Source of the DNA: Halodesulfurarchaeum sp.
GTDB lineage: Archaea > Halobacteriota > Halobacteria > Halobacteriales > Halobacteriaceae
Direction: 5' to 3'
Assembly (NCBI GenBank): GCA_042216015.1
Contig: JBDGUI010000002.1
Coordinates: 1-16,031 of the forward strand
Length of the DNA: 16,031 nt
Shown in pieces: positions 1 to 10,859 of the stretch. The notes beneath the pieces were generated by a model. The model was given only the letters and a program-made list of their open reading frames with translations. It ran no database searches and was not told the DNA's origin. A program made the translations under genes and the position numbers. Every line of letters begins with the position of its first letter. Position 1 is the stretch's first letter.

Positions 1-1843
1 CCGCAGTGATCCCCGGCCCGTTGTCCTCGATGATCAGGCGGTAGTGATCGTCGATTTCCCTGATTTCGACGTAGATGTCCGGCAGATACCCGGCCTCCTC
101 GGCGGCGTCAAGGGAATTATGACATGCTATCGGAGAGGTTCCCGCCATAAAATTCTCATCACCAGGTACCGACACGTCATACACCCATTCTTTAGTGTAT
201 GCGACTTGTTCGATATTTTTGACCGGAATCGCCGTTAAATCACCCGAAGCTATGGCTCTACCATCTTTGGCGAACTCGACCCTACCACCGTCAGCAAGAG
301 CCAAAGCGTGTTCGATGTCTACTCGTGTTTGCCGTCCGTCTAAATTATAGGCGAGTTTCGAATCTTCAACAGACTTGAGCAATTCATCAGCCGGTAGACG
401 TCGTTTCGAAATATTCGACTGGTCCGTGTGGAGATGGAGGAGATAGGATTCGCCAAATTTCGCCTGTTTCCCCTTTACATTTCGAATCTCCTCATCTTTG
501 GTTTCGCGAGTGGTATCGTACCCGATCGACGAACACAGATAAGATAAACCCGAGGCAAGAGCGGGTGACGCAGTTGAAAACGTAATACGATTTGGATCCA
601 GATCTGCGATATCGTCGTTCGCTTGCAGTGCCTGAATGAGATCGGTCGTAGGATACCCATCACCTGCTCCATATCCAAGAATGAATCTTTCACGAACCGA
701 GTCAGGAAAATCAAAAACGAAACGTGGTATCTGCTTCTTCACGGCCGTTTCACCGACGTCGAAGACTTCCGAAAGAACTAGTCCCAGAATCTTTGAAGAA
801 ATCGTGACATTTGTTGCCGTTTCGTGAGCGTCAACAACCGTTGTACTGAGGTCAAAGACCTGATTGACGAGCTCTTGTACGTGATCAATGAGCGCGGATT
901 CGTGTGCGCCTAAGGAGAGATACACCTTATCGTGGTTAGATCGTGTACCGGTGTACGTACCTTCGGCCATATACACACCGAGGAACTCACCCAATTCAGG
1001 AGTGACAGACAGTATAGCTGGAATTCTATTTTTCCCGAACCGATACCCAATCTCACATCCCTGATATTCCTCAACATCAAGGTCTAGTTCCTGCACGATG
1101 TGCAAGGGAAGACGATCACACTTGCGGAAATCATTGAATCGATAACCCTCTTCGATTTGAGCTCGGATTTCGGCGTCGTATTGCTCCAAAAGATGGTCAA
1201 TTCCATAAAGCCCGATCGGCTCGATCTTCTCGGATGGCAATTCAAGAAGTTCTGTCACGAGATCGATTTCCGCAAGAGATCCCTTCCCCCATGCACTATT
1301 AGGAACGACGACATAATCATCGTTCCCAATTTCGTTTGTCTCGACCGAAACGATGGATCCCTCTCGAAGAACAAACACGCTGTGATAATCTGTCAATTCC
1401 ACGGTTCGATTTCCTTCCAAAGTTAGTTCAAAAATGTCGCTGTTTACCCGATGGCGAAAGACCGAGCTGATTCGACGGAAGTCGAGATCATACGAGTTGT
1501 CGAAGGATAATGCTTCGAGATTCTGGACTGGAAGCTTTTCCAGATCACCCCCACGCTTTTGCTTGACAGCATCGGGATTTTCCTTAATCAAATCGTCAAT
1601 AGTTTCGCCTATCGGCTGGTGCTTCGTCTCGCCGTTTTCTCGATAGACGAAAGGCGTAGAGTACGTGAGTGAATTATCCACTCCCTCCTTGGTTGCAGTC
1701 ACCAGCGCACGGGCCTCGCTGTCGAAGCCCAGCATGTGCTTGTTCTTCTCGAAGAACTCCGCGATCGAGATGGCGCGCTGGTCGGCCGCGAGTTCGTCCG
1801 CGACTGCACCCCCGCCCTCGGCGGTTGGATCGAAGGCCGTCAT
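1..1843 (-). CDS. top6B: DNA topoisomerase VI subunit B, N-terminal part (runs off the window start), interrupted by an intein
   Basis: Manual translation from ATG at 1843 is open to base 1. N-extein: [58 protein letters not shown]-extein: [38 protein letters not shown]. The joined sequence restores the GHKL motifs ExxxN-SLDA and EDNGPGI plus the Top6B SIAEFF motif. Divergent from gyrB. Confidence 0.96.
   Translation of the reverse strand, partial: MTAFDPTAEGGGAVADELAADQRAISIAEFFEKNKHMLGFDSEARALVTATKEGVDNSLTYSTPFVYRENGETKHQPIGETIDDLIKENPDAVKQKRGGDLEKLPVQNLEALSFDNSYDLDFRRISSVFRHRVNSDIFELTLEGNRTVELTDYHSVFVLREGSIVSVETNEIGNDDYVVVPNSAWGKGSLAEIDLVTELLELPSEKIEPIGLYGIDHLLEQYDAEIRAQIEEGYRFNDFRKCDRLPLHIVQELDLDVEEYQGCEIGYRFGKNRIPAILSVTPELGEFLGVYMAEGTYTGTRSNHDKVYLSLGAHESALIDHVQELVNQVFDLSTTVVDAHETATNVTISSKILGLVLSEVFDVGETAVKKQIPRFVFDFPDSVRERFILGYGAGDGYPTTDLIQALQANDDIADLDPNRITFSTASPALASGLSYLCSSIGYDTTRETKDEEIRNVKGKQAKFGESYLLHLHTDQSNISKRRLPADELLKSVEDSKLAYNLDGRQTRVDIEHALALADGGRVEFAKDGRAIASGDLTAIPVKNIEQVAYTKEWVYDVSVPGDENFMAGTSPIACHNSLDAAEEAGYLPDIYVEIREIDDHYRLIIEDNGPGITA
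116..1672 (-). mobile_element. Intein with LAGLIDADG homing endonuclease (519 aa) in Top6B
   Basis: In-frame, stop-free 1557-nt insertion, visibly AT-richer than its flanks. Block [15 protein letters not shown] (Ser1); block [11 protein letters not shown] (TxxH, 1382-1393); block [13 protein letters not shown] (959-994); block [10 protein letters not shown]; block [11 protein letters not shown] (656-685); block H-like [17 protein letters not shown]; block [16 protein letters not shown]; block G IACHN followed by extein Ser+1. Confidence 0.96.
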
Positions 1844-1872
1844 TCGATTGGATCGGCTTTCCCAGCCAGTCG

Positions 1873-1878
1873 CTAAAA
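1873..1878 (-). promoter_or_regulatory. Putative TATA box of top6B
   Basis: Minus-strand TTTTAG about 30 nt upstream of the ATG at 1843, consistent with haloarchaeal leaderless spacing. Confidence 0.45.
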
Positions 1879-1917
1879 GGGTCCCGGTCCATTTCGTAAC
1901 CGGAGTGAAAGTGAAGT

Positions 1918-1941
1918 CGCACGCGCGCGTGCACGCGCATA
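1918..1941. promoter_or_regulatory. Alternating purine/pyrimidine tract (potential Z-DNA) with two overlapping 14-bp palindromes
   Basis: CGCACGCGCGCGTGCACGCGCATA is 24 nt of strict Y/R alternation. GCACGCGCGCGTGC (1919-1932) and GCGCGTGCACGCGC (1925-1938) are perfect palindromes. A regulatory role is inferred. Confidence 0.6.
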
Positions 1942-1947
1942 GCCGGG

Positions 1948-1954
1948 TTTTTAA
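1948..1954 (+). promoter_or_regulatory. Putative TATA box of gyrBA
   Basis: TTTTTAA 33-39 nt upstream of the gyrB ATG. Confidence 0.55.
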
Positions 1955-1959
1955 GGTAG

Positions 1960-3905
<1,946 letters not shown>

Positions 3906-3906
<1 letters not shown>

Positions 3907-6368
3907 TGAGTTCAGAGTTGCCAGAGCCGAACGGACAGGTCGGTGACGAAATCGAGACGGTGCGGGTCGAAGACGAGATGGAACAGTCCTACATCGATTA
4001 TGCGATGAGCGTGATCGCCGGACGCGCCCTCCCGGACGTGAGGGACGGACTCAAGCCGGTCCATAGACGGATCCTGTACGCGATGCACGAGGCCGGCATC
4101 ACCAGCAACGCCGGCCATCGGAAGTCCTCCTCGATCGTCGGGGACACGATGGGGGATTACCATCCCCACGGCGACAGCGCCATCTACGACACGCTGGTCC
4201 GGATGGCCCAGGACTTCTCGATGCGCCACCCATTGGTGGACGGCCAGGGGAACTTCGGTTCGGTCGACGGCGATCCGGCCGCGGCGATGCGGTACACGGA
4301 GAGCCGAATGGCCCCGATCGCCGAGGAGTTGCTCGCGGACATCGAGAAGAACACCGTCGACTTCGAACCGAACTACGACGACCGCCTCGAGGAGCCGACC
4401 GTCCTGCCGGCAGCGGTCCCGAACCTGCTCGTGAACGGTTCCTCCGGGATCGCGGTTGGCATGAGCACGAACGTCCCACCGCACAACCTGGGGGAGGTGA
4501 TCGACGCGGCCATCCACCTGCTCGAGAACCCGGAGTCGACCGTCGCGGACCTGATGGAGTTCGTGCCGGGCCCGGACTTCCCAACCGGCGCGACGATCGT
4601 CGGGAAGAACGCGATCAAGCAGGCCTACGAGACCGGTCGGGGGCGGCTGACGGTTCGGGCCGACTACGAGATCGAGGAGCGGGACGGCGGCGACCGAATC
4701 GTCCTCACGGAACTGCCCTACCAGCAGAACAAGGCAAAGCTCGTCGAGCGGATCGCGGACATGGTCAACGAGGGCGATCTGGAGGGCGTCACCGACCTCC
4801 GGGACGAGTCAGATCGGGACGGGATCCGCGTTGTCATCGAGCTAAAGCGCTCGGCGAACACCGACATCGTCGAGAACCGGCTGCTCGAGAGCGTCCTCGA
4901 GCGGACCTTCGGCGTGATCAACCTGGCCCTGGTCGACGGCAACCCGGAGGTGCTCTCGCTCAAGGAGCTGCTCCAGCACTATCTGGACCATCGCCGCGAG
5001 GTCGTCCGCCGACGCTCCGAACACGACCTCGGCGAGGCAAAGGATCGCGCCCACATCCTCGAGGGGCGGTTGCACGCGCTCGATCACGTCGAGGACGTCG
5101 TCGAACTGATCCGGAACTCGGCGGACCGCGACGCGGCAAAGGAGGGGCTACAGGCCGAGTTCGACTTCTCGGTCGAGCAGGCCCAGCACATCGTCAGGAT
5201 GCAACTGGGCAGTCTCACCTCCCTCGAACGGACCGAGATCGAGGAGGAATACGAGTCCGTGACGGCCCGGATCGAGCGGCTCGAGACGATCCTCGCCGAG
5301 GAATCCGAGCTCCGAGCGGTCATCGAGGGGGAACTCCGCGAGCAGAAATCCGAATACGCCGACGAGCGCCGCACCCGGATCATCGAGGCCGATGGCGAGG
5401 TGACCGACGAGGACCTCATTCCCCAGGACGACGTACTGATCACGCTCTCCGAGGCCGATTACATCAAGCGTGTCCCGATGGACCTCTTCACGGCCCAGCA
5501 CCGGGGTGGGAAGGGCGTCATCGGGGCCGACCTCAAGCAGGGCGACCGGATCGCCGCGGCCTTCACCGCTCGCACCCACGATTCGCTCCTCTGTTTCACC
5601 GACGCCGGTCAGGTCTACCGCCTGAAGGCCTATCAGGTTCCGGAGATGTCCCGAACCGCTCGCGGGACCTCGGCGGTCAACTTGCTCGATCTGGACGGCG
5701 GCGAAAACCTCACCGCCGTGGTGGCCACCCGCGACGTGGACGAGAACGAGTTCCTCACGATGGTGACCCGCCAGGGATACGTCAAGCGAACGCCCGCATC
5801 GGACTTCGAGAACATCCTCTCGACGGGTATCATCGCGACGAGGCTCGAGGGCGAGGACGAATTGGTCGACGTCGAGATCACCGACGGCAAGTCCCAGATG
5901 GTGATCGGCACACGACAGGGTCGCGCGATCAGGTTCGCAGAGTCCGACGTCAGACCCATGGGCCGGACCGCCCGGGGGGTTCGAGGCATCACGCTCGAGT
6001 CGGGAGACGAGGTCGCAGGGATCACGTCCGTGCGGCCCGAGGACGACCGCGACCTGCTCACCGTGACCGAGAACGGCTACGGGAAGCGGACGCCGCTTTC
6101 GGAGTACCGAACGCAGAGCCGCAACGGCAAGGGGCTCATGGACATCAAGACTGACGAGCGAAACGGAGAGGTCGCGACCCTCCAGGCGGTAACGGAGGGC
6201 GATCACGTCATCGGGATGAGCGAGGCGGGCCAGCTGGTCCGGATTCCGGTTTCGGAGGTCTCAGCGATCGGGCGGAACACGAAGGGGGTCCTCGTGATGC
6301 GTGTCGAGGAGGAGGACCGGCTCGCCGAAGTGAGCGTCTTCCGCCCGATGGAAGCCGAACCGGAGTGA
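3906..6368 (+). CDS. gyrA: DNA gyrase subunit A
   Basis: Start placed at ATG 3906, overlapping the gyrB stop (TGATG), giving 820 aa. Motifs [25 protein letters not shown], catalytic AAMRYT, GyrA-box QHRGGKG, repeated C-terminal pinwheel blades. Confidence 0.99.
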
Positions 6369-6372
6369 TGGG

Positions 6373-7341
6373 ATGAACACCCTCGAATCGCTGATCGGGG
6401 ACGCTCGTCTCCTCGGATTCACCGGGAAGGGCGGCGTCGGCAAGACGACCAGTTCGGCCGCGACGGCCATCAGATTCGCCGACCGGGGCGAGCGAACGCT
6501 CTTGCTCTCGACGGACCGATCCCCGTCGCTTTCGGACGTCCTCGGGGTCGACGTCGAGGGCGAATTGACGTCAGTTCCGGGAGTCGAGGGACTCGACGCG
6601 ATTGAACTCGATTACGACGCCGTGGCCGAACGCTGGAAAGCCGAGTTCGGCGAGGAGATGTACGCCGTCGTCTCCTCGTTCATGCCAGTCGATCGGTGGG
6701 TGATCGATTACTTCGCCGAGGCGCCCGGCATCGCCACGCAGTTCGCCCTGAGCTACCTCCTCGAGTACGTCGAGGGCGAGACCTACGATCGGATCGTCTG
6801 GGATACGGCCCCGGCCGGGGCCACCATCGGACTCATCGAACTCGAGGAGGAACTGTACGCCCACCTCGGGGAGGCACCCCGATTCTACGCGAAACTGCGT
6901 GCGGCGGTCAAACGGGACGTGGCCCACGATCCGAGCGCGTTGCTCGAGGAGTGGCGGCAACTCGCCAGGGACTGCCTCGAAATGGTCCGAGCGGAACGAA
7001 CCGGCTTCGTCGTCGTGACGAATCCCGAATCCCTGGCCGTCGCCGAAACCGCCCGAATCGTCGAGGAACTCGAACGTCGGGACATCGCAGTCGACGCAAT
7101 CGTTGCGAATCGGGTGCTCACCGAACACGTCTGTGACTGTGAGTTTCACCGCGAACGGGTGGACATGCAGGCCGAACACCTCTCCGAACTCGAGGACGAA
7201 TACGAAGCGGACCCCGGGCTGGTGACGGTCCCACAGCTCGCGACGGAAGTCGACGGGATCGAGTCGCTCCGAACCATCGGCGACGTACTCTTCGATCGGA
7301 GCGGTGGAAGACACCAGGGACTGACAGATCAGTCCGTATAG
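6373..7341 (+). CDS. Single-domain ArsA/Get3(TRC40)-family ATPase
   Basis: 322 aa, acidic. Deviant Walker A GKGGVGKTT, switch I STDRS, PG motif (EAPG), switch II DTAPAG, VTNPE, ANR, C-terminal HVCDCEFH. Confidence 0.88.
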   Translation: MNTLESLIGDARLLGFTGKGGVGKTTSSAATAIRFADRGERTLLLSTDRSPSLSDVLGVDVEGELTSVPGVEGLDAIELDYDAVAERWKAEFGEEMYAVVSSFMPVDRWVIDYFAEAPGIATQFALSYLLEYVEGETYDRIVWDTAPAGATIGLIELEEELYAHLGEAPRFYAKLRAAVKRDVAHDPSALLEEWRQLARDCLEMVRAERTGFVVVTNPESLAVAETARIVEELERRDIAVDAIVANRVLTEHVCDCEFHRERVDMQAEHLSELEDEYEADPGLVTVPQLATEVDGIESLRTIGDVLFDRSGGRHQGLTDQSV

Positions 7342-8255
7342 GGGGCACAGACCCGCTCGATGCCCGCAGCGAAGGAGATCTCCGGCACCCATCCGGTGGC
7401 CTCGCGAATCCGAGACGCATCCGCGAGCGTGTCGTGGACGTAGACGTCCTCGGGGATCGGGTTCTCGACGTACTCGGGTTCGACCTCGGTGCCGAGTTCC
7501 TCGTTGAGCATCTCGACGACGGTCTCGAATGAGTACTGGGTCTCCGTGCCGACGTTGTAGATACCCGAGAGGTCGTGTTCGGCCGCGGCGATCGTCGCCC
7601 TGACCACGTCATCGACGTGGGTGAAATCCCGGGTCTGGGTGCCATCGCCGTAGATCACCGGTGACTCGCCGCTTGCGATGTCGTCGGCGAACTGGGCGAT
7701 GATGTTGGCGAACTCGCCCTTGTGCCCCTCGTGGCCATCGGCCATGCCCTGGTAGACGGAGAAGTACCGAAGTCCCGCCACCGAGAGGCCATCGTAATAA
7801 TTGTCGTAATACTCGGCGTAGCGCTCGCGGGCGAGTTTCGAGGCCTCGTAGCCAGTCCGAGCCTCGACTGACATCGATTCGGGCGAGGGATCGGTCCGAT
7901 CACCGTAGATCGAGGAGGTCGTCGCGTAGACGACGGTCTCGCCGCCGTCGGCAACGAACTGCTCGACCGCATTCACGAATCCCTCAACGTTGACGCGTGC
8001 CCCACGTTGGGGGTCGTCTTCGTGCATCTGCATCGAGGAGAGCGCAGCGAGGTGGAAAAGGACGTCCACGTCAGTGGGGAGGTCGTCCTCGAGTACGCTT
8101 CGCTCGCGGAAATCGACCGCCTCCACGAGATTCTCGGGCGTGCCGAGAAAGAGATCGTCGACGACGATGACGTCGTTGTCGGCGGCCAAGGTGTTGGCGA
8201 GATTCGAGCCGATGAACCCGGCTCCGCCGGTAACGAGCACGCGGTGTCCCTGCAT
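7329..8255 (-). CDS. NAD-dependent sugar epimerase/dehydratase (extended SDR)
   Basis: Start re-assigned to ATG 8255 (MQGHRVLVTGGAGFIGS, 308 aa). Motifs HLAA, SSIYG, catalytic YEASK, LRYFSVY, GDGTQTRDFTHVDDVV, YNVGT. A TTAA element lies about 27 nt upstream (8281-8284). Confidence 0.93.
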   Translation of the reverse strand: MQGHRVLVTGGAGFIGSNLANTLAADNDVIVVDDLFLGTPENLVEAVDFRERSVLEDDLPTDVDVLFHLAALSSMQMHEDDPQRGARVNVEGFVNAVEQFVADGGETVVYATTSSIYGDRTDPSPESMSVEARTGYEASKLARERYAEYYDNYYDGLSVAGLRYFSVYQGMADGHEGHKGEFANIIAQFADDIASGESPVIYGDGTQTRDFTHVDDVVRATIAAAEHDLSGIYNVGTETQYSFETVVEMLNEELGTEVEPEYVENPIPEDVYVHDTLADASRIREATGWVPEISFAAGIERVCAPYTD

Positions 8256-8344
8256 GGACGAACGCACACACGTCGCCGGATTAAGCCTCCCGGTTTCGGG
8301 AAACCGGATCGGGCCGGTAGTCACCGAGGAACCGTTGCCGGGGG

Positions 8345-8351
8345 TTTTATA
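8345..8351 (+). promoter_or_regulatory. Putative TATA box of the HTH regulator gene
   Basis: TTTTATA 26-32 nt upstream of ATG 8377. Confidence 0.6.
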
Positions 8352-8376
8352 GATCGATGCGGCCAATTCCACGCTA

Positions 8377-8910
8377 ATGTCCTCTATCGAGTTGACCGCG
8401 AGCCAGAAGACGATCCTTCGCGCGCTCGTGGATCTCTACACCCAGGAGGAGTCGGCCGTCAAGGGGGAAACGGTCGCAGCGGAGGTCGACCGGAACCCCG
8501 GAACGATCAGAAACCAGATGCAGAGTCTCAAGGCGCTGCAGTTGGTTGAGGGAGTCCCCGGGCCGAAGGGTGGGTACCGTCCGACGACGAACGCCTTCGA
8601 GGCCCTCGAGATCGAACAGATCGACTCGCCGGCGGTCGTCCCGGTGACGCTGAACGGCGAACCGGTCGAGAACGTCAACGTCCAGAACATCGACCTGACG
8701 ACCGTCTTCAATCCCGACCTCTGTCGGGCAGAGATTCAGGTCAGGGGCTCGGTCAAGGACTTCCACGAGGGCGATTCGGTCTCGGTGGGGCCAACGCCAA
8801 TCTCGAAGCTGCGGGTCGACGGCAGCGTCGACGCCAAGGACGAGGCCGAAAACGTCGTGATCCTCAAGATCGAGAAGATGATCGCCCCAGCCGAAGATCC
8901 AGAACACTGA
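8377..8910 (+). CDS. Winged-HTH transcriptional regulator (archaeal HrcA/Rrf2-like N-terminal HTH)
   Basis: 177 aa. VKGETVAAEVDRNPGTIRNQMQSLKALQLVEGVPGPKGGY matches a conserved archaeal HTH family as I recall it; beta-rich C-terminal domain. Confidence 0.85.
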   Translation: MSSIELTASQKTILRALVDLYTQEESAVKGETVAAEVDRNPGTIRNQMQSLKALQLVEGVPGPKGGYRPTTNAFEALEIEQIDSPAVVPVTLNGEPVENVNVQNIDLTTVFNPDLCRAEIQVRGSVKDFHEGDSVSVGPTPISKLRVDGSVDAKDEAENVVILKIEKMIAPAEDPEH

Positions 8911-9099
8911 CCGAGCGGGTGGAACACGCCTCGGGGCGCCAGTGACCGCCAGTGGGATGACCCGGTTCAGCCATCAGTCACGAATCGGCGCGTCCCCTGA
9001 AGCTGTCTGGGATTTTCTCGAAGATCGAGGGGCTCGAGGGACTGCCTCCGGGATGGGCCGGCTTCGAAGATACCCGTGAGATACCGGGTGAGGCCTAAC

Positions 9100-9105
9100 C
9101 TTATA
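9100..9105 (+). promoter_or_regulatory. Putative TATA box of the oxidoreductase gene
   Basis: CTTATA 27-32 nt upstream of ATG 9132. Confidence 0.55.
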
Positions 9106-9131
9106 GTGTGGCTGGCCACTATCGAACATGT

Positions 9132-9686
9132 ATGACTGACGTAATCGTCGTCGGCGGCGGACCGGCCGGCCTCGGGGCGGCACTGTTCACCGCGAAAAAC
9201 GGACTCGACACGGTCGTTTTCGACACTGACGATACCTGGATGCACAAGGCCCACCTGTTCAATTACCTCGGAATCGAGAGCATCGACGGATCGGAATTCA
9301 TGGCAGAGGCACGAGACCAGGTGAAGGAGTTCGGAGCCGAGGTCCACGAGGAAGAGGTCACGGGTGCCGCGAATTTCGACGATCACTTTCTCGTCGAGAC
9401 GGACGTCGATGATTACGAGGCCGATTATCTCGTCCTGGCGACGGGCACCGATCGGTCACTCGCGAAGGACCTCGACTGTGAATTCACCGATCGGGCCGTC
9501 GTGGACGTCGACGTCACCATGGAGACCAGCGTCGAGGGCGTCTATGCGACGGGCGCGATGGGCCGCGTCGAGGAGTGGCAGGCCCAAATCGCCGCCGGTG
9601 ACGGGGCGGCAGCGGCGCTCAACATCCTCTCGGACGTGAAGGGCGAGAAGTTCCACGACTTCGATACCCCGGAGGACGTGGCCTAA
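9132..9686 (+). CDS. Short FAD-dependent oxidoreductase (thioredoxin-reductase-like FAD domain)
   Basis: Start re-assigned to ATG 9132 (184 aa). Motifs DVIVVGGGPAGLGAA, NYLG, LVLATG, TSVEGVYATG, AAGDGAAAA. Confidence 0.9.
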   Translation: MTDVIVVGGGPAGLGAALFTAKNGLDTVVFDTDDTWMHKAHLFNYLGIESIDGSEFMAEARDQVKEFGAEVHEEEVTGAANFDDHFLVETDVDDYEADYLVLATGTDRSLAKDLDCEFTDRAVVDVDVTMETSVEGVYATGAMGRVEEWQAQIAAGDGAAAALNILSDVKGEKFHDFDTPEDVA

Positions 9687-9687
9687 C

Positions 9688-10110
9688 TCAGCTGTCGGGG
9701 GTGGGGCTCTCGAAGTCGATTTCGAGCAATTCCTCGGCGAAGGCCGTTCGGTGTGAGACCAGGTCCGTGGTGGTGATGATTCCCCGGAGGTCCCCCGCTT
9801 CCTCGACGACCAGTTTCTTGACGCCGTACTCCTGCATGCGCCCGATCGCGGATTCGGGAGGTTCACCGGGTCCGATCGTGACCAGGTTCGGGCTCATGGC
9901 CCGGGAGACCGGAATGTCACCGAACGGACGCTCGGTCCCCGATCCGGCCGCGAGGACATCCGTTTCGGTGATGATGCCCACTGCCTCCGTCCCGTCGATG
10001 ACGATGACACTCCCCACGTCATTGCCGACCATCTCGTCCACGGCTTCATCCAGTCGCTCCCCGAGCTGCACGGTCACCAGATCGGTCGACATGAGATCAC
10101 CAATGTCCAT
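9688..10110 (-). CDS. CBS domain pair protein
   Basis: 140 aa from ATG 10110. Two CBS repeats: LMSTDLVTV...VGSVIV...VGIITETD and AMSPNLVTI...VKKLVV...RGIITTTD. Confidence 0.9.
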   Translation of the reverse strand: MDIGDLMSTDLVTVQLGERLDEAVDEMVGNDVGSVIVIDGTEAVGIITETDVLAAGSGTERPFGDIPVSRAMSPNLVTIGPGEPPESAIGRMQEYGVKKLVVEEAGDLRGIITTTDLVSHRTAFAEELLEIDFESPTPDS

Positions 10111-10185
10111 AGGTACCAATTGTCGTGGAACTGTCTCAAGTCTTGCGGACCGCAGGATTTCTCGAATCAGTCTTCACGTTCCGAT

Positions 10186-10812
10186 TCAGCGAACGTCCTC
10201 GATGCGGTTCCGGACCTCCGAGAGAGAGGTTACTGCTCCTCCGTCGCGGTCGAGGTGAACGAACGTCATTCCCGTACGGGATGCAAATAGTGCGTCCGTG
10301 GTGTTGTCGCCGACGTAGACGTACTCCGAGGCCCCTGTCGCCTCCTCGAGTCGGTCGAAGAAGTCCGTCGCGGGTTTCATCGACTCGACGGCCTCTCGGT
10401 TCGGCCCCCGGCCGATTCGGTGGTCGATGATATCGTCCAATCCGGCCGCGTCGACGAACGTCTCGACGACGGATTCGGGCGAATTGCTGATGATGGATAT
10501 CGGAACGGCCTCGGCGAGTGGGTGGAGTTCGTCGATGTCCCCGAATGGGCCGATCTCGCCGGATCGAATCGCGGCCGTTTTTTCCCCGACGTAGGCCCGG
10601 TGGCGAACGGGCCAGAGTTGCTCGGCCGGGATATCGAGCGCCTTTGCTGCGGCGTCGAAGTCCCGGAGATTGGTCGGATGGAGGAGTTGCCGGTTCGAGT
10701 GGGTCGCCTCGACGTCGAAGGCGGACAGGGTCTCGGTGAGCGCCCGATCGAGCCAGGAGAGATCGGACTCGGAGTCGAGCAGAACGCCATCCATGTCGAA
10801 TGCGACGTGCAT
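10186..10812 (-). CDS. HAD-superfamily hydrolase (phosphoglycolate-phosphatase-like)
   Basis: The real gene is the last 208 aa of the 487-aa ORF, from ATG 10812. Motif I FDMDGVLLDS, II ISNS, III MKP, IV YVGDNTTD. Confidence 0.9.
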   Translation of the reverse strand: MHVAFDMDGVLLDSESDLSWLDRALTETLSAFDVEATHSNRQLLHPTNLRDFDAAAKALDIPAEQLWPVRHRAYVGEKTAAIRSGEIGPFGDIDELHPLAEAVPISIISNSPESVVETFVDAAGLDDIIDHRIGRGPNREAVESMKPATDFFDRLEEATGASEYVYVGDNTTDALFASRTGMTFVHLDRDGGAVTSLSEVRNRIEDVR

Positions 10813-10859
10813 ATCCCCACTTGGACGGGACGAAATTGAGTGCACCGATAGATCCGGTG

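Noticed and set aside
44..1646. Short ORFs in the AT-rich first 1.7 kb, suggesting a foreign gene island or pseudogene
   Set aside because: The region is fully explained by the open minus-strand Top6B-plus-intein frame; the listed ORFs are shadows.
8256..8372. 39-aa N-terminal extension of the epimerase from the ORF track
   Set aside because: It runs through the divergent promoter region. The Rossmann motif and a TATA-like element fit ATG 8255.
8911..9099. Short direct repeats (CGCCAGTG x2; AGATACC..GTG x2) in the spacer before the oxidoreductase
   Set aside because: Too short in GC-rich DNA to distinguish from chance; no convincing RNA structure.
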